DNA of 64,000 bases from Zancudomyces culisetae HAW-14-8 (Eukaryota; Fungi; Kickxellomycota), in the NCBI GenBank assembly GCA_052426225.1, contig JBNJNM010000007.1, positions 806,001 to 870,000 of the forward strand. Direction: 5' to 3'. The notes under the pieces are model-generated. The model was given only the letters and a program-made list of their open reading frames with translations. It searched no databases and was not told where the DNA came from. The position numbers and the translations under genes were made by a program. Shown in pieces: positions 11,861-24,983 of this stretch (position 1 is the stretch's first letter; each line of letters starts with the position of its first letter).

Positions 11861-13820
11861 GTCCCAATCTCATCATAGAGTATCAAATTGAAAAGTATAC
11901 TTTTCTTGTTGCCATCAAATAGCGAGGAGCTGGTTAAAAATGCTACTATAGCCTGTATAAACAAACTTATTTATTAATATTATAGTTTACTTTAGGTACG
12001 AAATATTAAAATGCGTCTGCTTTTTTATGGCCGAGTAACCCCATAGTCTTTAGAAAAGAAACCACAAATAAAGAGAACATTATTTTTGTAGAAACGTAGC
12101 CTCACCTAAAATAATAGTAAATTCAGGTCTTTGTCCTCCTTTCTAACTATTTAGTATACTACCTGGTTTATTTTGTTGTTTTTTTGTTTTGTTGTTTCAA
12201 AATAGGATAAAATGTAGGATAAGATGTAACGAGACGAGATTCTATGAGATTTTTTTCTACGCCAAGAAACCCACTGGACTGCCCTCAGAACTAATATATT
12301 TTTTCCAACTAATCCTGCAACCTAACTCGCTTAACTGCTTTCCTCACATGTTAATCAACGTTTTAGTACAGTGTAACTTTTGGTCGTTAAATATTTTATT
12401 ATTATAGAGATTGGGTTATATAATTGTGCTACATCAGAGTCTTGAACTTGTGTTTCGTTTAACACCTTGCCATCAGGTGTGGCTAATTATCTTTGTCCTA
12501 ATTGCAGTATGTATTTTTAAAGCTATTGTTATCATTAATAAAAATACGACAGCCAGTCTTTAGGTTGCCCACCACAGTTAAACCATCATTTTTTTACTCT
12601 GGTCATTCATGAATGATTTATACGAGTGGTCAAACAATTACTAAAGCGTATTGATAATAAAATTTATACTATTATTGTAAACGAGGCGTATAGCAAAATA
12701 AACAACCAAGATTATGAACAGAGAAAGGGAGGGAGGTGTCGATATTGTAGAAAAAAAAGAAGAGTAACTGGTGAGTGATTAGTCAAATTTTATAACAAAG
12801 AGTGATAATATTCAAAAAATACCACCTGTGACTTAACTAGCAATGAGTACCAATCTACAAAAATATCACGTGTATTTCATTTCCAAAACTTGTAATGAAA
12901 AGAAAAAATAGATGGCACACTGTTTCGATGTACCATGATATACACTTGATGTGCACGATACGCCACAATAGACGGATATCGATATTTAAAGCAAAGACAG
13001 TTAAAGCCATAGTTGAATTTATTTTTGGCAAATCTACCAAACATTGCTTGCAAATAAATTCTTAAATTAGCCAGGGGAAAATTAACAAGTTATGCGAGTA
13101 ATCAATAAGTAAACCCCAACATTTAAACATAGAGTTGATGAGGTCAACAATAAAAGTTACAATAGCAACAAAAAAAAACGAAAGAGTAAGTAAGGGCCAA
13201 TACTCATTTGATATAAAGTAAATTAGTTCTAATTGCCAAGTTAACGTTATGTTAATAAAGAGTACTATTTGTCTAACAGTTAATCTGTTTTTTTACTGAA
13301 TAAATAGCAAATAAAAAACAATCCAGCTCTAGAATAAATAACTTTACATACTACAACAAAATTGGAAATGATGATTTAGGTTTCTTACTAGTAGCATATT
13401 TATTTAACTGAAACTTAATGCTACTACCATTGATGAGTAGTATACTACGGCTAGTTTGGGAAAATTATACAGTTGTTTTTTAGATTATTCCAGCTGTTCG
13501 AATATCTGTATCGAAGTGCTAACACAGGCAGTTATCACTTATTTCCAGGTTTCATTTTTTAGAAAAACAAATTTACTATACCTTAATCTCTGACCAATTC
13601 AAAATCTCTTGTTTTCTTTGCATTACACAGAATGATAAGATATTCAGAAAGTTGATATTGCTTGCTGGGGAAGGAGAAGAAGAAAGAGGAGAAAGAGGAA
13701 GAGGGAAAGGAAAGTTCTGCTCCGCTGAAATACGGCAATGAGAACCATATATGCAGCACGGATACTAAAACGCTCAACAATTACGAATGCTAACCTTTCT
13801 AACTTGGCTTATGCAGACCA

Positions 13821-13844
13821 AAATAAATAAATAAATAAATAAAT
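13821..13844 (+). repeat. (AAAT)6 microsatellite
   Basis: Direct reading. Confidence 0.9.
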
Positions 13845-14034
13845 AATATCAGAAATGATTTTATCCGAACCAATTTCAACTTTGTACAATCCAAGTAGTT
13901 ATATAGGAAGAGTATATAACCTAAACTCATTTCCACTGTCCATGTTGTCATCAATTCTGTTTAAATTTCTTTAGTACAATATTAAACTATATATGTTTGA
14001 AAACAAAAACTAAATATATTCTATTCACTACATA

Positions 14035-17000
14035 ATGGAAAACAACAACAAAGGCAGTAGTTTTTTCAACAAACTTTCACCAAATATCTTATCAACAATA
14101 TTTGTATTTGCCCAAAACCCCCAGCTATCATTAGTAAACAGAAATATGTACTATGCTTGACAACAGGTGAACACAGTTAGCAAGTACATTCTTCAGTATG
14201 CTTTATCTAACATTAAAGACGGTTTCGAGCCCAGTTTAAAGCAAATATTTGAGAAATACACTAGAATAATTATGGATGAAACTGTTGGCATGCTAGTGCT
14301 AAGAAAACTTAAAAATATGAACTACGGATTTTTTTTGGGACTGGCGTTGGAGTATGGATGGAAGAACATACTAAATAAACTGCTCAAAATGTATTTAATA
14401 ATTGATAGGAATACATCAACAGTTGTATATAAGGGTACTTTATTCATGAACGAGAGTGAATACCTAGATATTGATATTGATGATTTGTTTTCGGAAGAGA
14501 ACACAGCACAAAGGGAGGTAACAGACATCAAAATATCTGGAAATCTTTATATCAGACCACTATTTACGATAGGTGAGAGTCTGGGGATAGTAATAGGAGC
14601 TGTGCTTACAACTTTTGGAAATGAGGATATTAAAGCACTGGTAAATTTCTGCAGATCAAGAATTGAAATTCCTACAGAAGTACTTGGCTTTGTTGAAAAA
14701 GAAGCTAGATATATTGATAGCAAGGGTATTAAGTATTTAATATTGATGACTGCAGATAGGGTCTGCAATTTTAACAACCCCGAATTACTAAAAATGGTAT
14801 TGGATTTAAAGCTCAGTATAGACATCTCTATTCAAGAAATGGAATTACTTGAAACTAGGGGTGGATTTTCATTATTCCATCTCATTGCTTTTCTCAAGGA
14901 TTTTGGATATACTACTAGAGTGGATTTGTTGGTTTATATTTCATTTTTATACTACTTGGTTTTGTATCAAAAAAAAGAACTGATAGATTTCTTGGAGAAT
15001 AGCTACCCCGATAAAGCTTGTCAACAAATATTGTTCGATATGGTGATATTTCATAATAATGTGAATTTGGTGGAAGAGTATTTTTTCAAAGTAGAGTCAA
15101 ACTCAGCGAATATTATAAAGGTAACAGATATGGCGTATAGATGTGATCGTGAGGATCTCATAAGATTTCTTTTAAACAACAGTGATAAACTAAAAAGCGA
15201 TTTAGATGAAAATGCTGTTATGACAGCCATAGCAAAAAATAACTATGAGTTTACAAAAGAAATCATCGATAAGTATCCAAAATCAGTGAGTATTGCCTGC
15301 TTAAAAACAGCAGTGGAATTTGATGAAGTCAGAATCGCCAAGCTGATTATCGATGCTGGAGTAGATTTAACATCGCCAGATTTTGAAGGAATTCAAATTG
15401 CAAGTAGTAATAAGAACGTAGATATGCTACGACTATTGTTGGAAAACGGTGCTACTTTTGGATTATATAACTCGCCGGATATTTTGGAGCTGTGTTATAT
15501 TCAAGGTTTTGAAGTGACAAAGCATCTAATGGAACGCTTTGGTAACGATAATTCTGGGGCTAAGATTTCAGAAATGGATATCAAGGCTGGAACGAGACTC
15601 AAGTTTAACAAAACACTGCTATACCTGATTGTATTATTTTCAAACTATCCTGGAAATTTTAAAGATATAGGTACATATGAAATTATACTGATGATGGTTA
15701 ATTCAAAAAAAAAAGCCATCGTAAAAACCATTTATTCGTATCTAAAAAGTGGTCTTAATTGGTTAGATGTTGATGGCGATTCAGATGTTTATTTTAACAA
15801 ATGTACTGAAATTATTGAGTATATATTTGCAAATAATCTACAAAGTACTCTGGAAGTCACTGGAAAAGTTGAGGCCATTAATATGATACATGGAAGCGAG
15901 AAAGGGATATTGAATGATGTACATTATGAGATAGCAAAATCAGAATTGGTGAACCGAAACTTCGAAATGATAAAACTATTGGTAGAATATTGGATGGTGG
16001 ATGTCAATGAGTATTCTAGTCTTATTCTGAAAACAGCATACGAAGCAGGTGATATAGACTGGATAAATTACTTTATTAGTAAGGGTGCTAAACTAGGCAG
16101 TGAATCGGATGGTTTTGAAGAAGCATGTGGATCAGACAATGTTGAGATATTGAAACACTGGATAAAAAATGGGGGTGTGGTACCAAAGAATCCAGAATAT
16201 CCCTGTATTAACATGGCGTGTTTATTAGGAAACTTTGATATGGTTAAACTTTTGGTTGAAAGTGGTGTTGATTTGAGTGATTCAAACCGGAATGGAGTGC
16301 TAGCTGCATGCAAATTAGGACTCAAAAGAACCTTAAAATATCTCTCGGATAATAATGCTGTGATGGATTATATTTGTATTTGTTATTTAAAGCGAGCATG
16401 TATAGATAGTGATATTGAATTAGTAGAAATGATTCTTGAATATTACGTTGATTTGGGTACATTGAAAAAAAGAATCAATTCTAATAAAAAGAAACGTGAA
16501 GGATTGCAAGATCATTCTCATTTAGATAACGAAAACTCTGATCGCTTTGAGGAATACAAAGTTGTAAAAACATTGCTTGAAAAGTGTAAACCTATTGAGA
16601 ACTATGATTTATTGAATGTAATGGAAATAGCGATTAGTTGGGAACTTTTTGATGTTCTGAAGCTACTAGCAACCTACAAAATTAAATTTCATATTGATAC
16701 CAGCTACTCTTATAACGTATTTAATACTGCCATAATAAATGAAAATATCGAAATGGTGGAATATTTATTGAAGAATAGATACATTATTGAAGGCTCACAA
16801 TTTCTAGAAACAGTAATTGAAACTAAGAACAATCAAATTTTCAAATTATTATTGGAACACGGAGCAAAAATATCGAGAGATTCGGAGCATTTGAAAGAGT
16901 TAGATTTAGATGACATTGAGATGCTACAACTGCTCATTTCGTGTTGTCCCTCTATTGGCGGTGGTTCACAATTACTTCGAAGTGCTATCGAGAAAAATAA

Positions 17001-17436
17001 GCTAGCGGCAGTTAAATTGCTTTTAAAAGATAATACGTGCACATTTGATGACGACGATTATAATTACGTACTTATAGCATGTGTAAACAATAATATAGAG
17101 ATTCTGAAATTATTGATTGAGAAGGGTGCAAAGATTAAAAAAGGGTATGAGAGCGGAGTGGTTCAGGCTTGTCAGAATAATAATCTTGAGATGTTGAAAC
17201 TATTATTTGAAAGAAATCCAAACTTGGTGCTAAAAAGGGATTATGGATTGATTGAGGCATGCAACTATGGAAATGTAGAAATGATCAATCTGTTGATAAA
17301 GTATGGTGCTGATACAAGTAATTATATCGGATCAATAGTAGATATTGCGATTGCACTAAATAATTACGGTTTGATTGATTACTGTCGGGCTAAGTTGGGA
17401 GAATACAAAAAGAGCAAAATAGAGATAAACGAGTAA
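14035..17436 (+). CDS. Large ankyrin-repeat protein with F-box-like N-terminus; in-frame TGA at 14158-14160 (possible pseudogene)
   Basis: ATG at 14035 is in frame with the 14167 GTG ORF: MENNNKGSSFFNKLSPNILSTIFVFAQNPQLSLVNRNMYYA*QQVNTVSKY. Many ankyrin repeats follow (e.g. MACLLGNFDMVKLLVESGVD, IACVNNNIEILKLLIEKGAK, EACNYGNVEMINLLIKYGAD). Confidence 0.85.
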
Positions 17437-18560
17437 AATCATTAATTGGAATATAAAATATTTTTGATTATCGGATATAGATTAGTGAGAAAGGATTTCA
17501 ACACCCCGTCCTTTATCCTGCTTTCTCCATTGTCTTTAATCATTCCCCCTTACCCTTCCCTTTCCCCTTACCATTTAATATTACTTGGCGGATAATATAA
17601 TAAACAGCCTTCGTTGTTTCTTACCATCAATTTCTGCACTCCTAGCTTAGTAGTAGTTTGAGTGCCTTGTCGTCTAAACTTATTTTCAATACTAGTAATA
17701 AATAAAACAAAGTACCAACTCTCTTAATAGTCTGTTATATATCGGACTAATAAAAAATACACGTTATAAAGATATCCTAAAGAAAATACTACATGATAAT
17801 AAAATATATAAAGTGAGTAGCTGTAAATAATATAATTGAGATTATCAAAAAGTACTGGAATGTGTCACTTGATAAAGAAATTAAAGGGGGATACAACGGA
17901 TATCTAAGAATATTAAATACTGGTCTTATTCGATAACTTAATATTATAAAATGATATAATCCTGGATGAAAAAAAAAACCTCGAATAATAAAACATCCCT
18001 GAATGAACTCGTGGATGTGTTTTAGAAAACGATCAACTCGAGCAATCATGGTTATTAGAAAGTGTACACTAAATCCTTGACGTTGTTTTAACAGTTTACA
18101 TAAAGAATCTACTCACTAGTAATGGTGTATTAAATAGTAGAAGCAATAATTTAAAGTAGGATGGTACACTTCAATTATAAACATATTGATATTGTTTAAT
18201 CCTGCTAATAACAAAACACCAACAATTAATACAAATAAAAAAATAAAATAAATTTCGACACGAAAAAAAAAATAATAAAAAAGCGCAAATATTACATTTT
18301 GATCAGCTCATTTCACTCTTCTGTTTCTATTCATTTTTATTATTACTTTATTTACCAATAACGAAAATTAATACTAACAAAAAAAAAAATTCCAAATTAC
18401 TAGATAAACAAATGTATACATATAAATAATTTGCGCTAATTAAATATTTCACGATATAATTTTTCTATTTTTATAATTATTCTATATTTTTGTTTAAACA
18501 AATAAAAAAAAAAGAAAAAAAAGTTTGTTAGATATATAGACTAGGTTAGAGAATAATGCA

Positions 18561-21500
18561 ATGATGGAGATAGTAAAACGAGGAAAAGAAATATGCGATT
18601 GTTTGAGACAACAAGAAAAAGAAAAAGAAAGGGAAAGGGAAGAAGAAGAACAGGTGGTTAGTAGTGAACTGCAGGCTAATCCAAGGCTGGTTTCCAGTGT
18701 GTTGCTGAGCGCGATTAAAGATCATCTTGATCAATTGATTAGCGAACAAGAGGTGGTACAAGTAATTCAAAAACTTGGCCAGCAAAGTGGACAAATAATC
18801 CGGGATGATTTATCGTGTCTTGAGGAGGGCAAAGATGGGAATGATAAGAAGGGCGAAGAATTGGAACCAAAGTATTCAGAGGTATACCAGCAAGAGATTG
18901 TGGATGTAATATGGATAGTTGATCAGGAACAACAGGCCAAGGGTTCAGCAAGTCGGAGAGAAGATCTGGCACGGTTGGCAAAGAGTTTGGTGAAATCCTT
19001 TGGACTGGACAACAATCTGATACACGCGCGACTCGATGTTGATTTTCTTCAGAACATGCAGGTTATTCCATCAGCACTACAATTTAATAAACGGTTGGTT
19101 AGGTTGAATACCGGGCTGTTGTATAAACAGACGCGGTATAATCTGCTGCAAGAGAATAGTGTTGGGTATTCAGCGCTGCTTGCTGAGCTGGGCAGGTTTA
19201 TGAGTGAGGAGCGGAGTAATAAAAGTGGTAGAACTGTTGAGTCTTGGAGTATAAAAAATAGAGGCAAAATTAGGGGAAGAGGAAGAGGAAAAGGAAGAAA
19301 TAAAACGGAAGAAATGGATGTGGATGCGGATTTGGATGAGGATGAGGAAGGAGATTGTAATATGGGGGACAAGAGTAGTTTAAAAGATAAACATGATAAA
19401 GAGACAGAAAGGAGGTACAACAGGATAGTGGAGATTGTTGGAGAATTCCAGCTAGAGCCGAACCGAGTTATAGACATAATATTGGATGGAATGGTAGCAA
19501 ATGTCAAGAATCATTACAAGTTGTATATAGGGCTATTGCAACATATGGTTGGACGGGGTGATGATGGTGTAGGAGCAGAGAAGAGGAAAAGAATAGGAGA
19601 TATATTGGGATTCAAGGTACGATATTATTATAACGAAAGTGTAAATAGTAGCAAGAATGGGAGTGGGAGTGGGAGTGGAGGGGAACAAAAGCACGAGACA
19701 CCAGAAGAATTGATAGTGGTGGTGGGGTTATTGATTACATTTGGGATAGTCGAGATGAAGCAGATTTATGAGTATTTGGGACCATCAGACGACCAAGATA
19801 TAAGAAACGAAGTGGTAGAATATTTGGAGAGTAGTTTGGGAGGGGGGAAAAAGGGAGGAATTGGACAAAAGGGAGAAAAGACATTGGCGAGTATGCCAAG
19901 TTTGGGGGATTTTGGAGCGTTGGGAGATGATGGAGATGATGAAGAAGGTGGAGGGGAGGGAGGAGAAGAGGGAGAAGAAAGTGAAAGCAAAAGCAAAAAA
20001 GTGGAGGTTATTGATAATCAAAAGGTCAGATTGATAACGAGTTTGCTGAGTATGGGAAATATAGAAAAAGCAGTTATGATGATTAATAGGGTGGAATACG
20101 AGATAGAAAAACAAGTAAAGAAAAAGAGTTTTGCGATGGTATTAAAGTATCCAAGTATAGCAGATTATATAAATAGGATTTTGGAGTATATATTAGAACA
20201 AGAACAAGAGGATGGAGATGAGGATCAGGATCAGGATCAGGGTGGGAGAGATAAAGACAAAGGGAATGGTAGTGGTAGTGGTAGTGGTAGTGGTATTAAA
20301 AGAGGATTGATGAAGCGGGCACGGGTAAATGTGAGCAAATGGATCAATGGGTTTCCACCAACAATCAACAATAGCAAAGTTAGGCTTGAATATTTTTACG
20401 AAGATGAGTGGAAGGTAAATGTAGACAAAGCGATAGTAATGGTAAATAGAAAGAGAGAGGGAAATGGAAAGGGAAACGGAGAAGAAAAAGAGGAGGAGGA
20501 GGAGGATGAGGATGTGGTGAGGAAATTGGTTAGAATTAACGGATTCATGGTAGGAAGGAATATAAAGGTATTGGTATATTTGATTCGACGAGTTGGTCGA
20601 AAGAAGGATGAGGAGATGATGAAACAAGTGGTGGTATGGGCAATCAACATGATGGAAAGTGGCAATCCATATGTGAATATCGAGTTGTGGAAAGTAATAA
20701 AGCAAAAACCATATGAGGAAAGGTATCGATTGTATGAATATTGGCGCAACTATACGAGTATGGAGGGGGATTATGCAAGCAGGATGGTTCAGCTTCGTAG
20801 TGAGGAGTATAAAACACAAGTGAAAAGGGTATTACGACGGTATTCTAGGGAGAATGTAAAAATGAATGGACGAAAACTGGGCAAATTGGCGAGTATTAAT
20901 CCGGTGGTGGTTGTGGAAACGGTGGTGGACCGGGTGAGTAGCGATGACAATATGATTGAACCGGTGGTGGAAGGGTTTAGGTACCTGACAGAGCTGGGAT
21001 TTGATGTTTTGGGATACCGGCTCAACTGCTTGATGTACAGTGATAATGTAGGCGAGATGCAGAGATGTTTGAAGCCCAACTCGGTTGATTTGGCGCATTG
21101 GTTGCAGTCGATGTTTAGTTTTATCAGTTCGATATGCGTCAACTATGCAGTGAGTATGCCAAGCATTCTAGATATTACATTTAAAGAACTATTGAAACGA
21201 TTGACCAGGGCCAACTTTCCCAATAATGGTAATAGTGGTAATAGTGGAGAATTTAAAATCTTGCTACAGAGCTTATTGGTAGGAGAGATTGTGAAGGAGT
21301 TGGGGAATGTGGATTCCAACCTTAATGCACTTTCCGAGCCGCAATTGATGGCATTGGGAGGAGGTAATACTTTGTTTTTGGAGGCATTGAATATGAATGG
21401 AAGTTTAAGTACTCAATACCAAGAACAGTTACGAATACTGACACGTAATTTGATTTCTACATTTCCAATTCTTTCAGCGAATAATAATAATAATAATAAT

Positions 21501-24500
21501 AATATTGGAGGAGGTGGGCAGATAACAAATTCAAATCTTTTGATTTTAGAATCAAATACGGAATTTACTAATAATTTGGAAACTCTAAACAACTACAAAA
21601 AAAGAATGTCAAAACAAAAAAACTGTACCCAAGTATTGTACAACAGCCTGAGTGACGGATTGTTGATTACCCAACTTACTGTGCAACTAGTCAAACTACT
21701 TTATTCAACAAACAGCGATTCAATAGATAGCCAAGTGAGTTTGGCGAATGTAATGGCGTTATACGATCGATTCCATACACAACTGCACCAAATATCTGCG
21801 TTTTGTAAGTCTAGCCACTCAGTTAATGCTTTGCCAAAAAGTATTGGACAGATTGGTTTGGCTAGTACTGAAATGTATTGGGCAATCCAACGCTTGAGAT
21901 TACAGCATGTTATTCGCGAACCATCAAAGTTGAAACAACTGTTAAATGACAGCAATGAAAACAATGATGATAGAGAGGATAGTATAAACAACCTGTTAAT
22001 ACACGACACCAAGGCCCACGACCAACTTTCAATGGTTCTGGGTAGTGGGTTTACGGCCAAGTTTTATGTGCTGTTTTATCTGTTTTGTGGGTACGATATT
22101 CATGTTCCCACCCAACGGTACACAACAGAAATCTACCGACTGGAGGGTCTAATCAAGCAGCTACAGTGCTTTTCACATCCGATAGATGAACCAACGGCGA
22201 TATCCAAACGATTGGGAATCAATTTCGAAAAGGAACTACAACGAACGACGGCACAACTCAACCACTACCGAACTGAACTGAACCAACACGTTGAGCATGT
22301 CAAGGGAATCGGTGCATTGATGCATCAAAGCGAGTTGTTGGGTGGATGTTGTATTGACAACCGGATGAAGATTAGCAATGATATGTACCAGTACATGTTG
22401 TTGCCACGGAGTGTTTGTTCGGCCGAAGATGCGAAATACTGTGCCGACTTTATTTTCTACTGTCAATTTTCACACAATTCCAATGAATCATCAACATTAT
22501 CAACAACATCATCAACATCAACAACATCAACAACATCAACAACATCATCAATATTAAATAAAAGTAGTGTGGTGACATATTTCCCAACTATTATTTTACT
22601 TGACAGGATTTTTAATCATTTTTCGTTACTTTCAATTATATACTCACTGACCGAACAGGAATGTATCAACTATTTTGTATTTCTCAACCAAGTACTATCA
22701 CACATCCACAAATTGGCTACCGATTGTGAGCTTTATACTCGTGAATGTATTGCAGATGGCCAGTCGTTTGGATTTATCCAGAACTACAACAGTTACCAGG
22801 CAGCTCCTACCACCCATCCAATTGATAAGAATGATTTGTTGAGTCATCCGGATTTTAGACGTGTTACGTTCAAGTGGCACACTGTGATATATAAACTATG
22901 TAGTGATGTAATTCACTCTACCGAAACCAATTCTAATACCAATTCTAATACATATACACAAACGTATATTTCCAATGTTAAAAAATTACTACTATGTCTT
23001 AAAGTCCTAGCAGTAAGCAACAATTTCCCACTAACCAACGAGATCTACACGCCACTGACCAAGTTGATATCATCAGGACCATCGAATTTATTCGAGTCGA
23101 CGGCAGAGTTAAAGGTATTGAGTAAGGCGTATTTGGCGATTTTGGAGAGTAGTTTGAAGCCGCATTTGGTCAGTAATATGAAGTTTTGCGAGCATAAGGC
23201 TGGGACTGAAAAGTGTCACTTGCCATATGATGATACTGAGGATAAGGCTAAAGCTAAGGCTAAGGCGGAGGCGAAGGCAAAGGCAAAGGAAAGGGAAAAG
23301 GAAAAGGAAAAAGAGAGGGAAAAAGAAAAAGAGAGAGAAAGAGAAAAGGAAAAGGAAAAGGAAAGAGAAAAGGAAAGAGAAAAGGAAAGAGAAAGAGAAA
23401 GAGAAAAGGAAAGAGAAAAGGAAAGAGAAAGAGAAAGAGAAAGAGAAAGAGAAAGAGAAAGAGAAAGAGAAAGAGAAAGAGAAAAGGAAAAAGAAAGGGT
23501 TGAGAGGGAGGAACAGGAAAAGAAGAGGCTAGAAGAAAAGAAGAGGCAAGAGGAGAGGGAAAGGGAGAAAGAAAAGGAGAGAGAAAAGGAGAAGCAAAAA
23601 GAGATTGAAAAACAAAAAGAAAAGGAATTGCAAAGTCAAAAAGAAAGAGAAAAAGTAAGAGAAAAAGAAAGAGAAAGAGAAAAAGAAAGAGAAAAAGAAA
23701 GAGAGATGGAAAAACAACGAGAGATCGAAAGGCAAAAAGAGAAGGAAAAAGAGAAGGAAAGAGAAAAAGAGAAGGAAAGAGAAAAAGAGAGAGAAAAGGA
23801 AAGGGAAAAGGAAAGGGATAAGAGTAAACAAAGACAAAGAGATTCAGAAAAGCCAATTGAAAAAGACCAGAATTTCAATCGTAATTCAGTTTCTAGACAT
23901 CGAAATTCGTCGCCTATTAATCGGAATCCTCCCCGTCATTTTGATCGACAGAAATCTTTTTCCAGAAATGTGTCTTCTTCTGGGAGAGATAATAACGTTC
24001 GTGACAATAGAGACAATAGAGACAATAGAGACAATAGAGACAATAGAGATAATGGAGATGGTGTAGATGGTGGCAACAAGTCACAATCCCATGATGAACG
24101 CGAGCGCGATTTACGTGCTCTCCTCATGAAACAACAAATCGAAAAGCAAAACTCTCTCAAACGACCACATGCTTCGGTATCCCGCTCACCTTCTCCTCCC
24201 CGCTCCAACACCAAATCCAATACCAAATCCAACTCCAACGCCAACACCAATACCAAATCCAACTCCAACGCCAACGCCAACACCAATACCAATACCAATA
24301 CCAATACCAATACCAACACGAATGCCAACGCCAATACAAATAATCCTACAAACTCTAGTAATCAAAAACATTCCATCACCATAAAATCTTCGCCCAATTC
24401 AAATCCCAACTCAAACAGGTATGACCATTCTTCAAACAAACGGTTTAAATCTGATAGATCTTCTCATCCCCCCACCTCATCATCAAACTCGTCTTCAAAC

Positions 24501-24737
24501 ACAAACACAAACTCAAACTCAAACAGATTCAATAATAACAATGTTGGTAGAAATAATAACAATAATAACGATTTCAGAAATAACAATAATAACAACAACA
24601 GCAATAATAATAATAATAATAATAATAGTGACATGAATAGAAATAATAATCAAAATAGAGGTCCTGGTGGTCCTGGTGGTGGTGGTGGCAATTACAATCG
24701 TAACTATCGTAATTATTCTAATAGACGTCGCTACTAA
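18561..24737 (+). CDS. THO2: THO complex subunit 2 (Tho2/THOC2) with many low-complexity insertions
   Basis: Motifs [128 protein letters not shown]; charged and Asn-rich C-tail. Confidence 0.95.
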   Translation: MMEIVKRGKEICDCLRQQEKEKEREREEEEQVVSSELQANPRLVSSVLLSAIKDHLDQLISEQEVVQVIQKLGQQSGQIIRDDLSCLEEGKDGNDKKGEELEPKYSEVYQQEIVDVIWIVDQEQQAKGSASRREDLARLAKSLVKSFGLDNNLIHARLDVDFLQNMQVIPSALQFNKRLVRLNTGLLYKQTRYNLLQENSVGYSALLAELGRFMSEERSNKSGRTVESWSIKNRGKIRGRGRGKGRNKTEEMDVDADLDEDEEGDCNMGDKSSLKDKHDKETERRYNRIVEIVGEFQLEPNRVIDIILDGMVANVKNHYKLYIGLLQHMVGRGDDGVGAEKRKRIGDILGFKVRYYYNESVNSSKNGSGSGSGGEQKHETPEELIVVVGLLITFGIVEMKQIYEYLGPSDDQDIRNEVVEYLESSLGGGKKGGIGQKGEKTLASMPSLGDFGALGDDGDDEEGGGEGGEEGEESESKSKKVEVIDNQKVRLITSLLSMGNIEKAVMMINRVEYEIEKQVKKKSFAMVLKYPSIADYINRILEYILEQEQEDGDEDQDQDQGGRDKDKGNGSGSGSGSGIKRGLMKRARVNVSKWINGFPPTINNSKVRLEYFYEDEWKVNVDKAIVMVNRKREGNGKGNGEEKEEEEEDEDVVRKLVRINGFMVGRNIKVLVYLIRRVGRKKDEEMMKQVVVWAINMMESGNPYVNIELWKVIKQKPYEERYRLYEYWRNYTSMEGDYASRMVQLRSEEYKTQVKRVLRRYSRENVKMNGRKLGKLASINPVVVVETVVDRVSSDDNMIEPVVEGFRYLTELGFDVLGYRLNCLMYSDNVGEMQRCLKPNSVDLAHWLQSMFSFISSICVNYAVSMPSILDITFKELLKRLTRANFPNNGNSGNSGEFKILLQSLLVGEIVKELGNVDSNLNALSEPQLMALGGGNTLFLEALNMNGSLSTQYQEQLRILTRNLISTFPILSANNNNNNNNIGGGGQITNSNLLILESNTEFTNNLETLNNYKKRMSKQKNCTQVLYNSLSDGLLITQLTVQLVKLLYSTNSDSIDSQVSLANVMALYDRFHTQLHQISAFCKSSHSVNALPKSIGQIGLASTEMYWAIQRLRLQHVIREPSKLKQLLNDSNENNDDREDSINNLLIHDTKAHDQLSMVLGSGFTAKFYVLFYLFCGYDIHVPTQRYTTEIYRLEGLIKQLQCFSHPIDEPTAISKRLGINFEKELQRTTAQLNHYRTELNQHVEHVKGIGALMHQSELLGGCCIDNRMKISNDMYQYMLLPRSVCSAEDAKYCADFIFYCQFSHNSNESSTLSTTSSTSTTSTTSTTSSILNKSSVVTYFPTIILLDRIFNHFSLLSIIYSLTEQECINYFVFLNQVLSHIHKLATDCELYTRECIADGQSFGFIQNYNSYQAAPTTHPIDKNDLLSHPDFRRVTFKWHTVIYKLCSDVIHSTETNSNTNSNTYTQTYISNVKKLLLCLKVLAVSNNFPLTNEIYTPLTKLISSGPSNLFESTAELKVLSKAYLAILESSLKPHLVSNMKFCEHKAGTEKCHLPYDDTEDKAKAKAKAEAKAKAKEREKEKEKEREKEKEREREKEKEKEREKEREKEREREREKEREKEREREREREREREREREREREKEKERVEREEQEKKRLEEKKRQEEREREKEKEREKEKQKEIEKQKEKELQSQKEREKVREKEREREKEREKEREMEKQREIERQKEKEKEKEREKEKEREKEREKEREKERDKSKQRQRDSEKPIEKDQNFNRNSVSRHRNSSPINRNPPRHFDRQKSFSRNVSSSGRDNNVRDNRDNRDNRDNRDNRDNGDGVDGGNKSQSHDERERDLRALLMKQQIEKQNSLKRPHASVSRSPSPPRSNTKSNTKSNSNANTNTKSNSNANANTNTNTNTNTNTNTNANANTNNPTNSSNQKHSITIKSSPNSNPNSNRYDHSSNKRFKSDRSSHPPTSSSNSSSNTNTNSNSNRFNNNNVGRNNNNNNDFRNNNNNNNSNNNNNNNNSDMNRNNNQNRGPGGPGGGGGNYNRNYRNYSNRRRY
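23245..23820 (+). repeat. Purine-rich hexamer repeats (GAAAGA/GAAAAG)n encoding KA/EK/ER dipeptide tracts in THO2
   Basis: Direct reading; near-perfect (GAAAGA)n run around 23420-23480. Confidence 0.95.
24000..24660 (+). repeat. (GACAATAGA)n, (AATACC)n and (AAT/AAC)n repeats encoding RDN, NT and poly-N tracts in the THO2 C-terminus
   Basis: Direct reading. Confidence 0.9.
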
Positions 24738-24983
24738 GTCATACTTTATCAAAATTACCTCTACACCTTACCTTTTTATTTTTATTTTATTCTTATTTTC
24801 AATTTAATTTTGACATTTTGACATTTTTAAATCTTTAAATATATTTTAAAAGTATTAATTAATTTATAATAAATCTTTATTTTGTTCTAAAAAAAGTAAA
24901 ATATATAAATACATGTTATATTATATATATTAAACAATGCAAGTGTTGATACAAATAATGAAGATAAAAAGTAAATAAAGGAA

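Noticed and set aside
7332-14160. Alternative genetic code explaining both in-frame stops
   Set aside because: TAG and TGA both terminate conserved genes in this window (TAG: MLC1, ARP1, SET1; TGA: P450, ZW10, STR2), and core genes have no internal stops.
23420-24330. CRISPR-like or other repeat-spacer arrays
   Set aside because: Repeats are contiguous microsatellites without spacers, in a eukaryotic coding context.
23227-24752. Multiple antisense and alternate-frame ORFs (FLFL, WYWY, IGIG, PTPT repeats)
   Set aside because: By-products of hexamer repeats inside THO2 that lack stops in several frames.
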